Shown here one piece after another: positions 12,193 through 22,132 of a DNA stretch of 64,000 nucleotides (positions are counted from its first letter, which is position 1; every line of letters begins with the position of its first letter). The position numbers and the translations under genes are program-made. The notes under the pieces are model-generated. The model was not told the DNA's origin. It searched no databases and saw only the letters and a list, made by a program, of their open reading frames with translations. The stretch is from Candidatus Latescibacterota bacterium (GTDB lineage: Bacteria > Latescibacterota > UBA2968), in NCBI GenBank assembly GCA_965208125.1, contig OZ242320.1, forward strand, positions 1,344,001 to 1,408,000, given 5' to 3'.

Positions 12193-13564
12193 CCCCAAAA
12201 ATCCGATCCACGGTATCCACCGCCTGCACAATACAATCGGGAATCGCCGACCCGCGATACGCACTCCCCGTCAAAAACAACCCGCCCACCTGCGCGGCGA
12301 GACGCTCCATTTCGGCCACGCGCTCCAGATGCCCCACATCGAACTGGGGGCGCCCTCTTCTCCAGCGAAAAACGCGTGCAAACAGAGGATCAGCCGTCAC
12401 CCCCATCAAATCCTCCAATTCCTCGCGCGACAGTGCAATCAGCGCCTCATCATCCAGATCCACCAGATCTTCCTGTCCTGTCCCCCCCACAAATGTACGC
12501 ACCAGAACCCCATCGTCCGGCGCGCGAAAATTCAGCTTTGTCGAAACCCATGTACACGCCGTAATCCGGCGCCCCTCGTGTTTTGGCGACAAAAAACCAA
12601 ACCCCTCAAAATCGTGTTGTCCCTCAACATCTCTCTTCCGATACGCCAGCGAAACCGTCGCCGTTGAAACATAGCGAATACCGCCCAACAAAAGACTCAA
12701 ATCCGGCGCAAAATCAGCCACCAGATCAGCAGACACATAAGCCGGCGTCGCCATCACCACGGCATCTGTCTCGATCACCTCCTCCCCTGCAACCACCTCA
12801 AATCCCCCACCCACCTTTCTAACAGACCCAACCGCAACACCCCGGCGCACATCCCCATCCAAACCCGCGACCAGAGCATCGACCAACTCACCCATTCCCC
12901 CAATCAGCGTCTGAAACATCGCAGTTCCCGTAGATGCGCGCGTCTTCCTCATCGCCCGCACCCCCTTAATCAAACTCCCATAGCGCTGCTCCATCGCCAC
13001 ATACATCGGAAACGCACACCGCATACTCAAACGCTCTGCATCCGCACTGTGGATACCCGCCAGCATCGCCCCGCCAATATTCACAGCCTCCCTGCCCAAA
13101 CGCCGCCGAATAAAACTCGCCAGACTCTCATCGTCCTCGTCCCGCCGCCGCGGAACAAACACCTCCAGCCCCATCCTCACCTTCCCAGAAAACGAAAACA
13201 GTGGCGACCTCACAAGAGGCCAGAACCTCGAAGGCACCAGTGAAAAATCCTCCGGAAAAGCCACCAACTTCCCATCCCGCACCAAAAACGTCCGCTGCCG
13301 ATCATTATTCGTCGAAATCAGCCGATCTGCCAACCCCAGATCCCTACACAACTGAATACCCGCGGGCTTTTGCGTCAGCAGCAAATCCGGACCGCCCTCA
13401 ATCAAAAAACCATCCACGGACTCCGTCGCAATCATTCCCCCCCACCGGTCACTGCGCTCCAGCAACACATACTGGACATCGCGCCCTTGTTCTCTCGCTC
13501 TTTCTTCCAAATAAAAAGCGGTCGCAAGACCCGCTATGCCACCGCCAATAATAGTTATATGCAT
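12173..13564 (-). CDS. hemY: Copro/protoporphyrinogen oxidase HemY (CgoX/PgoX)
   Basis: GGGIAGL FAD motif, EGGPD, GFGFL; last gene of hemE-hemH-hemY. Confidence 0.93.
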   Translation of the reverse strand: MHITIIGGGIAGLATAFYLEERAREQGRDVQYVLLERSDRWGGMIATESVDGFLIEGGPDLLLTQKPAGIQLCRDLGLADRLISTNNDRQRTFLVRDGKLVAFPEDFSLVPSRFWPLVRSPLFSFSGKVRMGLEVFVPRRRDEDDESLASFIRRRLGREAVNIGGAMLAGIHSADAERLSMRCAFPMYVAMEQRYGSLIKGVRAMRKTRASTGTAMFQTLIGGMGELVDALVAGLDGDVRRGVAVGSVRKVGGGFEVVAGEEVIETDAVVMATPAYVSADLVADFAPDLSLLLGGIRYVSTATVSLAYRKRDVEGQHDFEGFGFLSPKHEGRRITACTWVSTKLNFRAPDDGVLVRTFVGGTGQEDLVDLDDEALIALSREELEDLMGVTADPLFARVFRWRRGRPQFDVGHLERVAEMERLAAQVGGLFLTGSAYRGSAIPDCIVQAVDTVDRIFGEVRSEK

Positions 13565-13576
13565 ATCGCTACCGGC

Positions 13577-13688
13577 GGGCGACCACAGGGGGTCGCCCCT
13601 ACAAAACGGATTAAAATATCACCGTAGGGGACGGCCCCTGTGCCGTCCCGATCTCCTCCAGCGGGCGACCACAGAGGGTCGCCCCTAC
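13577..13688. repeat. REP triplet A(-), B(+), A(-) (BIME-like)
   Basis: Copies at 13577-13602, 13624-13649 and 13663-13688. Confidence 0.9.
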
Positions 13689-13720
13689 ACATCTGCGTCC
13701 ATCTGCGAAAAACGCTCAAA

Positions 13721-14671
13721 TTATTCGCGTTTTTTTCTGCGGATCGCCTCTTCCACCGCATCGGCAACCGCCTCGATAAACACGGGATCGCTATTCATCA
13801 TCTCTGTGCGTTCCAGGCGAATCCCGCATCTTTGTGCAATCTCCTGGCAACCGATATCGATATCGTAAAGCACCTCAACGTGATCGCACACAAAACCAAT
13901 AGGCGCAACCAGAACATCGCGATAATTGCCAGAAGCCAGTGCCGGAATCACATCCTCAATCTGCGGACCCAACCACGGTTCGCCCGTATGTGCGGCACTC
14001 TGATATGAAAACATCCAATCCACTGGACCCAATCGATCCACAATCGCCTGTGCATTGCGCTTTAATTCATCGTCATAGGGATCGCCCATCTTCAGCAACC
14101 GGGCCGGCAAACTATGCGCCGAAAAAACCACCTTTGCCTTCCGCCTCACATCCTCTGGAAACTTCTCCAACCCCGCCCGTACCTTTGCCGCCTGCGCCTC
14201 GATCAACCGGGGCTGATCGCACCACGAATTGACATAGACAAACTCAATATCACTCCCCACCTCTTTTAATGCATCTTCAACCTTCTGCTGATAGAGCCAG
14301 ATACTCATCCGCGAATAATGCGGTGCCATCACAATGCCCACGGCCTTTTCAACACCATCCGCCTGCATCTTCGCCACCGCCTCCACAATCCGCGGCTTCC
14401 AGTGACGCATCCCCGTATATGCCTGCACATTTCGCCCGCGCTTCTTCAACACCGCCTCAACATGCCCTGCCTGCTCAAACGTGCGGTCATTCAGCGGCGA
14501 CTTGCCACCGATCTGCGCGTAGCGACTGCGAAATTCCGCAACAAATTCTGGCGACATCGGCCTCCCACCCCGAATATCGCTCAAATAAGCCGCCATATCG
14601 TCCAGCGAATCGGGGCTGCCATAAGCCATTAAAAGCACGCCAATTATTTTCTCATCGCGCCGTATATTCAT
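13721..14671 (-). CDS. hemH: Ferrochelatase (coproporphyrin ferrochelatase-like)
   Basis: LLMAYGSP, IGGKSPL, FSAHSLP, WLGP, GFVCDHVEVLYDID. Confidence 0.96.
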   Translation of the reverse strand: MNIRRDEKIIGVLLMAYGSPDSLDDMAAYLSDIRGGRPMSPEFVAEFRSRYAQIGGKSPLNDRTFEQAGHVEAVLKKRGRNVQAYTGMRHWKPRIVEAVAKMQADGVEKAVGIVMAPHYSRMSIWLYQQKVEDALKEVGSDIEFVYVNSWCDQPRLIEAQAAKVRAGLEKFPEDVRRKAKVVFSAHSLPARLLKMGDPYDDELKRNAQAIVDRLGPVDWMFSYQSAAHTGEPWLGPQIEDVIPALASGNYRDVLVAPIGFVCDHVEVLYDIDIGCQEIAQRCGIRLERTEMMNSDPVFIEAVADAVEEAIRRKKRE

Positions 14672-15695
14672 GCACAAAATCAACCAATCTCCGCACATTC
14701 TCCACAGGTGTGCGCTGTAAAATCCCATGCCCCAAATTAAAAATATGCCCCGGCTTTCCCCTCACCGAATCCAATATCCGCCTCGTCTGCCGCGTTATCT
14801 CCTCAAAAGGCGCGAACAACACAACGGGATCCAGATTGCCCTGCACACCCACATCATCGCCCAAACGACGCCACGCCACATCTATATCAATGCGCCAATC
14901 AACGCCAATAACATCGCCCCCCGCCTCTTTCAACAACTCGAGAATACCCGCCGTACCCGTACCAAAATGAATAAGCGGCACATCCACCTCTTCTTTCGCA
15001 ATCGCAATCGCCTTCTGCGAATGCGGCAACACGTACTCGCGATAATCAGCCGGACTCAACGCCCCGACCCAGCTATCAAACACCTGCAACACCCCGGCAC
15101 CCGCCCGGGCCTGCGCGATGAGATAATCCCCAATCGCCGTCGCCATCATATCCATCAAACGATGCCATTGCCCTGGCTCGCCGTACATCAACCCCTTGGC
15201 AATCTCGTAATTGCGCGACGAACCACCCTCCATCGCATAACAAACCAGCGTAAAAGGCGCACCTGCAAAACCGATCAACGGAACGCGACCATTGAGTTCT
15301 GCGACAGCCATCCGAATGGCATCACCCGCATAAGGCATAGCCTCTTCGGCGGGTCTCACAGTCAACGCATCGATATCTGCCACCGTGCGAATTGGATTGT
15401 GAATAACCGGACCCTCGCCCTTTACATAATCCAGATCCAAACCCATCGACTCGAGAATCGGCAGCAAATCCTGAAAAATAATCGCAGCATCCACAGGATA
15501 TGCATTCACAGGTTGCATCGTAATCGCCGTAGAGATCTCGGGTGTCTTCACCATATCGAGAAAACTGTAGTGATCGCGATACGTCCAATAAGCCTTCATA
15601 TACCGCCCGGCCTGACGCATAAACCAAACAGGCGTCGCATCTACACACTCGCGACGACACGCCTTTAAAAAACGATCTGAACCCTCACGCATCAT
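14652..15695 (-). CDS. hemE: Uroporphyrinogen decarboxylase
   Basis: PVWFMRQAGRY, GFAGAPFTL, QVFDSW, QGNLDP, FNLGHG. Confidence 0.98.
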   Translation of the reverse strand: MMREGSDRFLKACRRECVDATPVWFMRQAGRYMKAYWTYRDHYSFLDMVKTPEISTAITMQPVNAYPVDAAIIFQDLLPILESMGLDLDYVKGEGPVIHNPIRTVADIDALTVRPAEEAMPYAGDAIRMAVAELNGRVPLIGFAGAPFTLVCYAMEGGSSRNYEIAKGLMYGEPGQWHRLMDMMATAIGDYLIAQARAGAGVLQVFDSWVGALSPADYREYVLPHSQKAIAIAKEEVDVPLIHFGTGTAGILELLKEAGGDVIGVDWRIDIDVAWRRLGDDVGVQGNLDPVVLFAPFEEITRQTRRILDSVRGKPGHIFNLGHGILQRTPVENVRRLVDFVHEYTAR

Positions 15696-15933
15696 CCATC
15701 CCCTTCAGTACCCGCATCAAATCCTCCAGCGACACTATCTCCTCCTCAGATCTGGCAAGCGATTGTGGCGCAGCATCTTCTCCGGAAGTCCCAAACACAA
15801 ACCACTCAAACTCGCGCAAAAACTTCAGACAATGCCACTCACCTGTACGCGCGTAATCTTCGCTACACAACTCCCGCGGAATCGGGCACCCGTCGTATAA
15901 TCCGCGGGGACATGGTCGGCGTTTTTTTCCCAT
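15685..15933 (-). CDS. Small Cys-containing hypothetical protein
   Basis: 82-aa ORF filling the glnA-hemE gap, GAGG RBS, overlaps the hemE start. Confidence 0.55.
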   Translation of the reverse strand: MGKKRRPCPRGLYDGCPIPRELCSEDYARTGEWHCLKFLREFEWFVFGTSGEDAAPQSLARSEEEIVSLEDLMRVLKGMDDA

Positions 15934-15942
15934 CCCTATACC

Positions 15943-17277
15943 TCACAAAATCTTGAGATGTTGATCCAATTCATAACCCGTCACCTGCGCCCTGTAATTG
16001 GCCCATTCGATCTTCTTATTCGCAATAAACTTCTCAAAAATGTGATCGCCCAGGGCATTGCGAAGCAAATCGCTACCCTCGGCCAGATCAATAGCCTGCG
16101 ACAGATCCAGAGGCAGGGTTTTAATCCCCGCACGCTCCCGTTCGGCACTGGACATCTCAGCCACATTTTTTTCCATAGGCGGCGGCACTTCATAGCGCTT
16201 TTCAACGCCCTCCAACCCCGCAGATAGCATAATTGCAAATGCCAGATAGGGATTGCAGGCCGGATCGGGTGACCGGTATTCGATACGCGTAGTACTCTCC
16301 TTATCCAGAGAATAGGCCGGCACGCGCACCAGATCCGAACGATTGACCACCGACCACGTCGTGTACAAAGGCGCTTCATAACCCGGCACCAACCGCTTAT
16401 ACGAATTGACCCACTGATTGGTCACCAGCGTTATCTCACACGCATGTTTGAGCAAGCCCGCGATAAAATACCGCGCCGTATCCGACAGATGGTATTCATC
16501 TTCAGCATCGTAAAACGCGTTATCCTCACCCTTAAACAGCGACATATTCGTGTGCATACCATTGCCATTGACGCCAAAAAGAGGTTTGGGCATAAACGTC
16601 GCCCAAACGCCGTGTTTCACGGCAATCTCCTTCACCACCAAACGGTATGTCATCGCATTATCCGCCATCGTCAGCGCATCGGTATAAAGCAAATCGATCT
16701 CGTGCTGGCTCGGCGCATCCTCGTGATGGCTGGACGCCACCTCAATCCCCATCTTCTCCAGCGTCAACACCGTATCCCGGCGCAAATCACTCGCCACATC
16801 CAGAGACGTCTGATCAAAATACCCACCTTCATCCAAACCTATGAGCGGAACCTCGGGTTTTTCAAAATAGAAAAACTCCATCTCTGGACTCACGTAAAAC
16901 GCAAAACCCATATCGCCCGCGCGTCTCAAATTCTTTTTCAGCACCCAGCGCGGGTCTCCCTGATATGGGTTTCCCCCCGGCTGGAGAATATCGCAAAACA
17001 TACGCGCAACCGTACCGCCTTCTTGCGGGCGAAAAGGCAACACCTGAAAAGTATTGGGATCTGGCATCGCGATCATATCGCTCTCGTCAATACGCGCAAA
17101 ACCCTCTACAGACGACCCATCAAAACCGATCCCCTCTGTCAAAGCGCCATCGAGTTGCTCAACGGGAATGGCGACACTCTTTAGAAAACCCAAAATATCC
17201 GTAAACCAGAGCCTGACAAATTTGACCCCGTGTTCTGACGCGGCATTCAGCACGTATTCGCGGCTTCCTTCGTTCAT
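15943..17277 (-). CDS. glnA: Glutamine synthetase type I
   Basis: FTDILG, FDGSSVEGF, TFMPKP, NGNGMH, NSYKRLVPGYEAP, RIEYRSPD. Confidence 0.97.
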   Translation of the reverse strand: MNEGSREYVLNAASEHGVKFVRLWFTDILGFLKSVAIPVEQLDGALTEGIGFDGSSVEGFARIDESDMIAMPDPNTFQVLPFRPQEGGTVARMFCDILQPGGNPYQGDPRWVLKKNLRRAGDMGFAFYVSPEMEFFYFEKPEVPLIGLDEGGYFDQTSLDVASDLRRDTVLTLEKMGIEVASSHHEDAPSQHEIDLLYTDALTMADNAMTYRLVVKEIAVKHGVWATFMPKPLFGVNGNGMHTNMSLFKGEDNAFYDAEDEYHLSDTARYFIAGLLKHACEITLVTNQWVNSYKRLVPGYEAPLYTTWSVVNRSDLVRVPAYSLDKESTTRIEYRSPDPACNPYLAFAIMLSAGLEGVEKRYEVPPPMEKNVAEMSSAERERAGIKTLPLDLSQAIDLAEGSDLLRNALGDHIFEKFIANKKIEWANYRAQVTGYELDQHLKIL

Positions 17278-17378
17278 AGTTTTGACCTGTATTTTGTACG
17301 ACAAGAGCCGGGACGGCACAGGGGCCGTCCCCTACGGTAATATTGTGATTTGTAGGGGCGACCCCCTGTGGTCGCCCG
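17273..17378. repeat. glnA start region plus REP pair B(-)/A(+); template of the duplicated block
   Basis: Near-identical to 19572-19677 and, in part, 22133-22192. Confidence 0.9.
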
Positions 17379-17475
17379 CTTACCCTGAAACAGCACCGAA
17401 ATAATGTTCAAAACTTACGCTTAGTATATTTCCAGCAGATTTCATAAGTGTTTCGCCAATATTAAAAGCAATGGG

Positions 17476-17634
17476 ATTTATGCATAGAAAATTCATTTGT
17501 TGACCAGGGTATTTTTCCTTATTCTTCCTGCGTTTCGATTACAAACGTTTCTTATTGCTCCATAGTTTTAAAAAGAGCTTCTCAGAAAGAGGACACAGCT
17601 ATAGGGGCTTATTTTTCCAAGAGGGAGGACCATC
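17476..17634 (+). promoter_or_regulatory. Conserved promoter and 5' leader of Cache gene 1
   Basis: TTGTTG-N17-TATTCT (17497-17525) and GGGAGG RBS; repeated at about 20120-20281 and 22202-22364. Confidence 0.7.
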
Positions 17635-17637
17635 GTG

Positions 17638-19452
17638 ATGAAAACTCGAACATTACTCACTATTCCCATTGTCGGACTGCTCGTGCTGGCTGGCGTCTTT
17701 TCCAATACGCCTCCCGCCCTGGCGGAATGTGAACTCCCTCCCGGCGTGACGCCTCCTCCGGACCCGAGTGTGACGGCGCAACAGGTGGAAGACGGCAGTG
17801 CCAGCCTGATGGACTTCGCGCTGGCCGTGAGAGAACTAAATCTGGAGATTGGCCAATCAGAAGCGAGTGTGGAGAAGGTGTTGTACCTTGGATGTCTCGT
17901 CAGGCAAGAGGGAGGGCCTTACCGTTCCGGTTCCACCTACCTCGTGCAACTAACGCCCGACGGCAGGGTATTCGTTCACGCAAAGGACATGTCATTGTCG
18001 GGCAGGCTGCTCAACCCCTTGATTTATGCAGAGATCCTTGCTGCGCTGGGAGTATCCTTAACTGATCTGGCCGACCTGGCTTCTCCCGATCCTGCTACTG
18101 CCGCCCAGGCTTTCGCCGCCGTCATGAACACATTGATGCAAGCACCGGATGCCCCATTCGATGCGACCACCCCTATTCCAGGCTTTCGACCTGGCATACC
18201 GGGCGCCTCCGGCCATGCCGCCGTATATTTGTCGGCCAATTTCGGGCTCCCGATCGTGATGCTCGCCGGATTCGATCTCAACTTATCTCATGTAGCTGAA
18301 GAAGACATCGATTACGGCGACCCCACCATTACTGCCAGGGACGTGGTAGATCGAGAAACCCTGAAGGCCTTCGTCACGCAAGCGGGGGAGTTCATTCTCG
18401 CACACCAGAAGAGCGGCGATATAGCCGCTTCCTCGAAAGTCAGGATCGCCTTGCGGGATGAGAACGGACCCTGGCGACACGATTCTGTGTACCTCTACGT
18501 CCTGGATCTTACCAGCAACATCATCTTATTTCACGGCGCGTTTCCGGATAGATACGAACTGCGGCCTCTGGTGGCGACTATCCGGGACGTCGTTACCGGA
18601 GAGCTCATTCTGCCTCAGGTCATCGAAGCCGCAAAAAATAACCCGGAAGGCGGCTTCGTGGAATATTACTTCGACGATCCCGCTGACGACACTGACAGCG
18701 CCGACATCCCCAAGGTGGGATACGCCCGCGAGTTCAAAGGTGAATTCGAGACAGGCGGACGCGTAATCCCAATAGACCTCATCGTCGGATCGGGTTTCTA
18801 TGGGCGCGCACCCGTTGTCCCGGACGGTTCCTATACGGAAGTAGAAGCCACAGTCATAGGCGACGCCGTCGGGGGGTTGACCGTCGAATTTTCTCGATCC
18901 ATCGCAGGCCAACAGCCCGACTACGCCTATAGCGCTGTCACAGATGCTGCTGGCTATTTATCCCTCACCATCTCCAGCGCAGACGGGGTCAGTGGTTACT
19001 ATATAGCCCGTGCCCGCAACGCCGATGGCGAGATCGTTGGCCAGTGGCACAGCATTCCTCTCAATCGCAATCAACGCCAGGTCCTGGAACTGACCCTGGG
19101 CGGCGGTATGAAGGTCGTACGCGTCGAACCACTAACCGCGTCCAAGCCCGTGGCAGTATCCGAGACAGTACCAGAAGTTAGTGGACTGGCACCCAACTTT
19201 CCCAACCCATTCAACAGCGCCACTCTGATAACCTACCACCTGTCCAGTCCCGGTCCAGTGCAGCTGGTAATCTACAATGTGCTGGGTCAGCCGGTACGCA
19301 CGCTGGTGGATCGTTCCCAGGCCGCAGGCTCCTACCAGATTCGGTGGGATGTCCTCGACCAGCGGGGCGTCTCGTTGTCAACGGGGATCTATATCGCACG
19401 CCTGAGCTATCCCGGCGGAGTGCAGACGCAACGGCTGCTCTACCTCAAGTAG
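17638..19452 (+). CDS. Secreted Cache-domain protein with FlgD/T9SS-type C-terminal domain, copy 1
   Basis: Signal peptide (PPALA/E); Cache_2-like YLYVLD..ILFHG..RD..TG..EAAK..GGFVEYYF..PKVGYA; C-terminal NFPNPFN...IYNVLGQ.VRTL...GIYIARL. Confidence 0.85.
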   Translation: MKTRTLLTIPIVGLLVLAGVFSNTPPALAECELPPGVTPPPDPSVTAQQVEDGSASLMDFALAVRELNLEIGQSEASVEKVLYLGCLVRQEGGPYRSGSTYLVQLTPDGRVFVHAKDMSLSGRLLNPLIYAEILAALGVSLTDLADLASPDPATAAQAFAAVMNTLMQAPDAPFDATTPIPGFRPGIPGASGHAAVYLSANFGLPIVMLAGFDLNLSHVAEEDIDYGDPTITARDVVDRETLKAFVTQAGEFILAHQKSGDIAASSKVRIALRDENGPWRHDSVYLYVLDLTSNIILFHGAFPDRYELRPLVATIRDVVTGELILPQVIEAAKNNPEGGFVEYYFDDPADDTDSADIPKVGYAREFKGEFETGGRVIPIDLIVGSGFYGRAPVVPDGSYTEVEATVIGDAVGGLTVEFSRSIAGQQPDYAYSAVTDAAGYLSLTISSADGVSGYYIARARNADGEIVGQWHSIPLNRNQRQVLELTLGGGMKVVRVEPLTASKPVAVSETVPEVSGLAPNFPNPFNSATLITYHLSSPGPVQLVIYNVLGQPVRTLVDRSQAAGSYQIRWDVLDQRGVSLSTGIYIARLSYPGGVQTQRLLYLK

Positions 19453-19516
19453 CGCGTCGAACGGTTGGGTAAGACGCGTTTATCTGTCCATTCTACTCAA
19501 TTTTCTCATAACTAAG

Positions 19517-19552
19517 AAAAATGCCCCTGAAAATCCAAGGGCATTTTTTTTT
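19517..19552 (+). terminator. Intrinsic terminator after copy 1
   Basis: AAAAATGCCC...GGGCATTTTTTTTT. Confidence 0.85.
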
Positions 19553-19571
19553 GAGAAATCTGAAACAGCTA

Positions 19572-19677
19572 TTCATAGTTCTAACCTGTATTTTGTACGA
19601 CAAGAGCCGGGACGGCACAGGGGCCGTCCCCTACGGTAATATTGAGGTTTGTAGAGGCGACCCCCTGTGGTCGCCCG
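19572..19677. repeat. Duplicated glnA start stub plus REP pair
   Basis: Matches 17273-17378 with few substitutions. Confidence 0.9.
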
Positions 19678-19686
19678 TGCTTGTCC

Positions 19687-19926
19687 TCACAATAGCTTTA
19701 CCAGAGCAGCGACCACGCCAATAGCGACCACCATCATGGAACCCAGACGCAGGGTCAAGTCGTGCTTCAGACGCAACTCCAATTCTTTCAAATCCTGCTT
19801 CGTCGCCAATTTTTCGTCAATCAGTGCCGCCTGTGAACGCGCCAGCACCTCCGCCTGTTCTTCCGGCATACCCGCCTGGGTCAGTTCTTTTACGAAGGCG
19901 TGGGTATCGAAAATAATTGCTGCCAT
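19687..19926 (-). CDS. Small DUF1640/CCDC90-like coiled-coil protein with C-terminal TM helix
   Basis: FDTHAFVKELTQAGMPEEQAE, LATKQDL, hydrophobic tail; GGAG RBS. Confidence 0.85.
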   Translation of the reverse strand: MAAIIFDTHAFVKELTQAGMPEEQAEVLARSQAALIDEKLATKQDLKELELRLKHDLTLRLGSMMVVAIGVVAALVKLL

Positions 19927-20119
19927 CTAATTTTCTCCGGCGACGGGATAAACAGGTTTCAATTCGTCCAATATTGTTTCACGCACTCCCATTTTGCTCT
20001 TTTCATAAATATATGAAAAATCCTTTTCTGACACAATGTAAAGTCAGGAGATCTCTGCCCAACTTCAATACCAAATTGCCATCATCACATGCTTAAACAT
20101 GGCCTGCCTGTGCCCCTCA

Positions 20120-20281
20120 ATTTATGCATAGAAAATTCATTTGCTGACCAGGGTATTTTTCCTTATTCTTCCTGCGTTTCGATTACAAACGTTTCTTATT
20201 GCTCCATAGTTTTAAAAAGAGCTTCTCAGAAAGAGGACACAGCTATAGGGGCTTATTTTTCCAAGAGGGAGGACTATCCTG
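20120..20281 (+). promoter_or_regulatory. Conserved promoter and leader of Cache gene 2
   Basis: TTGCTG-N17-TATTCT; nearly identical to 17476-17634. Confidence 0.7.
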
Positions 20282-22066
20282 ATGAAAACTCGAACATTAT
20301 TCACATACAAAATTCCCGTTGTCGGACTGATCGTGCTGGCTGGCGTCTTTTCCAATGCGCCCCCCGCCCTGGCAGAATGTGAACTCCCTCCCGGCGTGAC
20401 GCCTCCTGCGGAACCGAGTGTGACGGCACAACAGGTGGAAGACGGCAGTGCTACCCTGAGGGACTTCGCGCTGGCCCTGAAAAATCATCCGGAGCTTAGC
20501 CAAATATCGGCGAGTTTGCATAGGCTGTTGCACCTGGGATGTCTCTTCAGGCAGGAGGGGGGGCCGTACCGTTCCGGTTCCACCTACATCGTGCAACTGA
20601 CGCCCGACGGCAGGCTATCCGCTCACGCAAAGAACATGTCCTTGTCGGGCCGGCTACTCAACCCCTTAATATATGGCGCGATCCTTCAAGCATTGGGAAT
20701 CAACCCAGCCGACCTCACCGACCGTGCTGCGGCCCTGGCCGCTTTCGCTGCCGCGGTAGCCGGGGATGGCGGCCCGTTCAATGTGCCCGATATCCCAGGG
20801 GCTTCCGGCTATGCCACCGCAATTATATCGCCCAGTTTCCAGACCCCGATCGTGCTGCTCGCGGGATTCGATCTCAACGAATCTCACGTAGTTGAAGAAG
20901 TCATCGATTACGGCGACCCGACCATTACCGCCAGGGACGTGGTAGATCGCGAAACCCTGAAGGCCTTCGTCACGCAAGCGGGGGAGCGGTTTATCGAAAT
21001 CCAGAAGACCGGCGATCCAGCCGCTTTCTATAAAGCCAGGAACGCCATGCGGGATCCGAATGGGCCCTGGAGACATGGTTCCGTGTACCTCTACATCCTG
21101 GATCTTACCAGCAACATCATCACGTTTCACGGTGCGTTTCCGGACAGATTCGAGCTCCGGCCTCTGATAGCCACTGTCCGAGACGTCGTTACTGGAGAGC
21201 TCATACTACCACAGGTCATCGAAGCGGCAAAAAGTAACCCGGAAGGCGGCTTCGTGGAGTATTACTTTGACGATCCCTCCGACGACACCGACAGCGCCGA
21301 CATCCCCAAGGTGGGATACGCACGCGAGTTCAAAGGTGAACTCATTTTAGGTGAACGCGTAGTCCCACTCCACTTCATCATTGGGTCGGGTTTTTATGGG
21401 CGTGATGATGTTGGCTCGACTGATCCCCGTACAGAAGTAGAAGCTACAGTCTCAGGCGACGCCGTCGAGGGATTAAACGTCGCGTTTGCTCGATCCATCG
21501 CCGGCCAACCAGCCGACTACGCCTATAACGCCGTCACAAATGCCAATGGCTCTTTGTCCCTCACCATCTCCAGCGCGGACGGGGTCAGTGGTTACTATCA
21601 GGCCCGCGCCCGCAACACCGATGGCGAAACCGTTGGCCAGTGGCACAGCATTCCCCTCAATCGCAATCAACGCCAGGTCCTGGAACTGACCCTGGGCGGC
21701 GGCATGAAGGTCGTACGCGTCGAACCACTAACCGCAGCCAAGCCAGTGGTCGCAACCGAGCCCGTGTTATCAGCCGAGACAGTGCCGGAAGTTAGTGGTC
21801 TGGCACCCAACTTTCCCAACCCATTCAACAGCGCCACCCTGATTACCTACCACCTGTCCAGTCCCGGTCCGGTGCAACTGGTAATCTACAATGTGCTGGG
21901 GCAGCCAGTACGCACGTTGGTGGATCAATCCCAGGCCGCAGGCTCCTATCAGGTTCGGTGGGATGTCCTCGATCAGCGGGGCGTCTCGCTATCGACGGGG
22001 GTCTATATCGCACGCCTGAGCTATCCCGGTGGGGTACAGACGCAACGGCTGCTCTACCTCAAGTAG
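20282..22066 (+). CDS. Secreted Cache-domain protein, copy 2
   Basis: Same architecture as copy 1, with a different and shorter insert in the N-terminal domain. Confidence 0.85.
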   Translation: MKTRTLFTYKIPVVGLIVLAGVFSNAPPALAECELPPGVTPPAEPSVTAQQVEDGSATLRDFALALKNHPELSQISASLHRLLHLGCLFRQEGGPYRSGSTYIVQLTPDGRLSAHAKNMSLSGRLLNPLIYGAILQALGINPADLTDRAAALAAFAAAVAGDGGPFNVPDIPGASGYATAIISPSFQTPIVLLAGFDLNESHVVEEVIDYGDPTITARDVVDRETLKAFVTQAGERFIEIQKTGDPAAFYKARNAMRDPNGPWRHGSVYLYILDLTSNIITFHGAFPDRFELRPLIATVRDVVTGELILPQVIEAAKSNPEGGFVEYYFDDPSDDTDSADIPKVGYAREFKGELILGERVVPLHFIIGSGFYGRDDVGSTDPRTEVEATVSGDAVEGLNVAFARSIAGQPADYAYNAVTNANGSLSLTISSADGVSGYYQARARNTDGETVGQWHSIPLNRNQRQVLELTLGGGMKVVRVEPLTAAKPVVATEPVLSAETVPEVSGLAPNFPNPFNSATLITYHLSSPGPVQLVIYNVLGQPVRTLVDQSQAAGSYQVRWDVLDQRGVSLSTGVYIARLSYPGGVQTQRLLYLK

Positions 22067-22078
22067 CACCGAGCTAAG

Positions 22079-22112
22079 AAAAATGCCCCTGAAAATCCAG
22101 GGGCATTTTTTT
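22079..22112 (+). terminator. Intrinsic terminator after copy 2
   Basis: AAAAATGCCCCTG...CAGGGGCATTTTTTT. Confidence 0.85.
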
Positions 22113-22132
22113 ATGAGAACCTGAAACAGCTA

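Noticed and set aside
11290-12564. 424-aa plus-strand ORF
   Set aside because: Antisense to the permease and hemY; biased composition arising from strand skew.
13577-13688. CRISPR array
   Set aside because: Repeats alternate in orientation and subtype, spacers are only 13-21 bp, and there are no cas genes. These are REPs.
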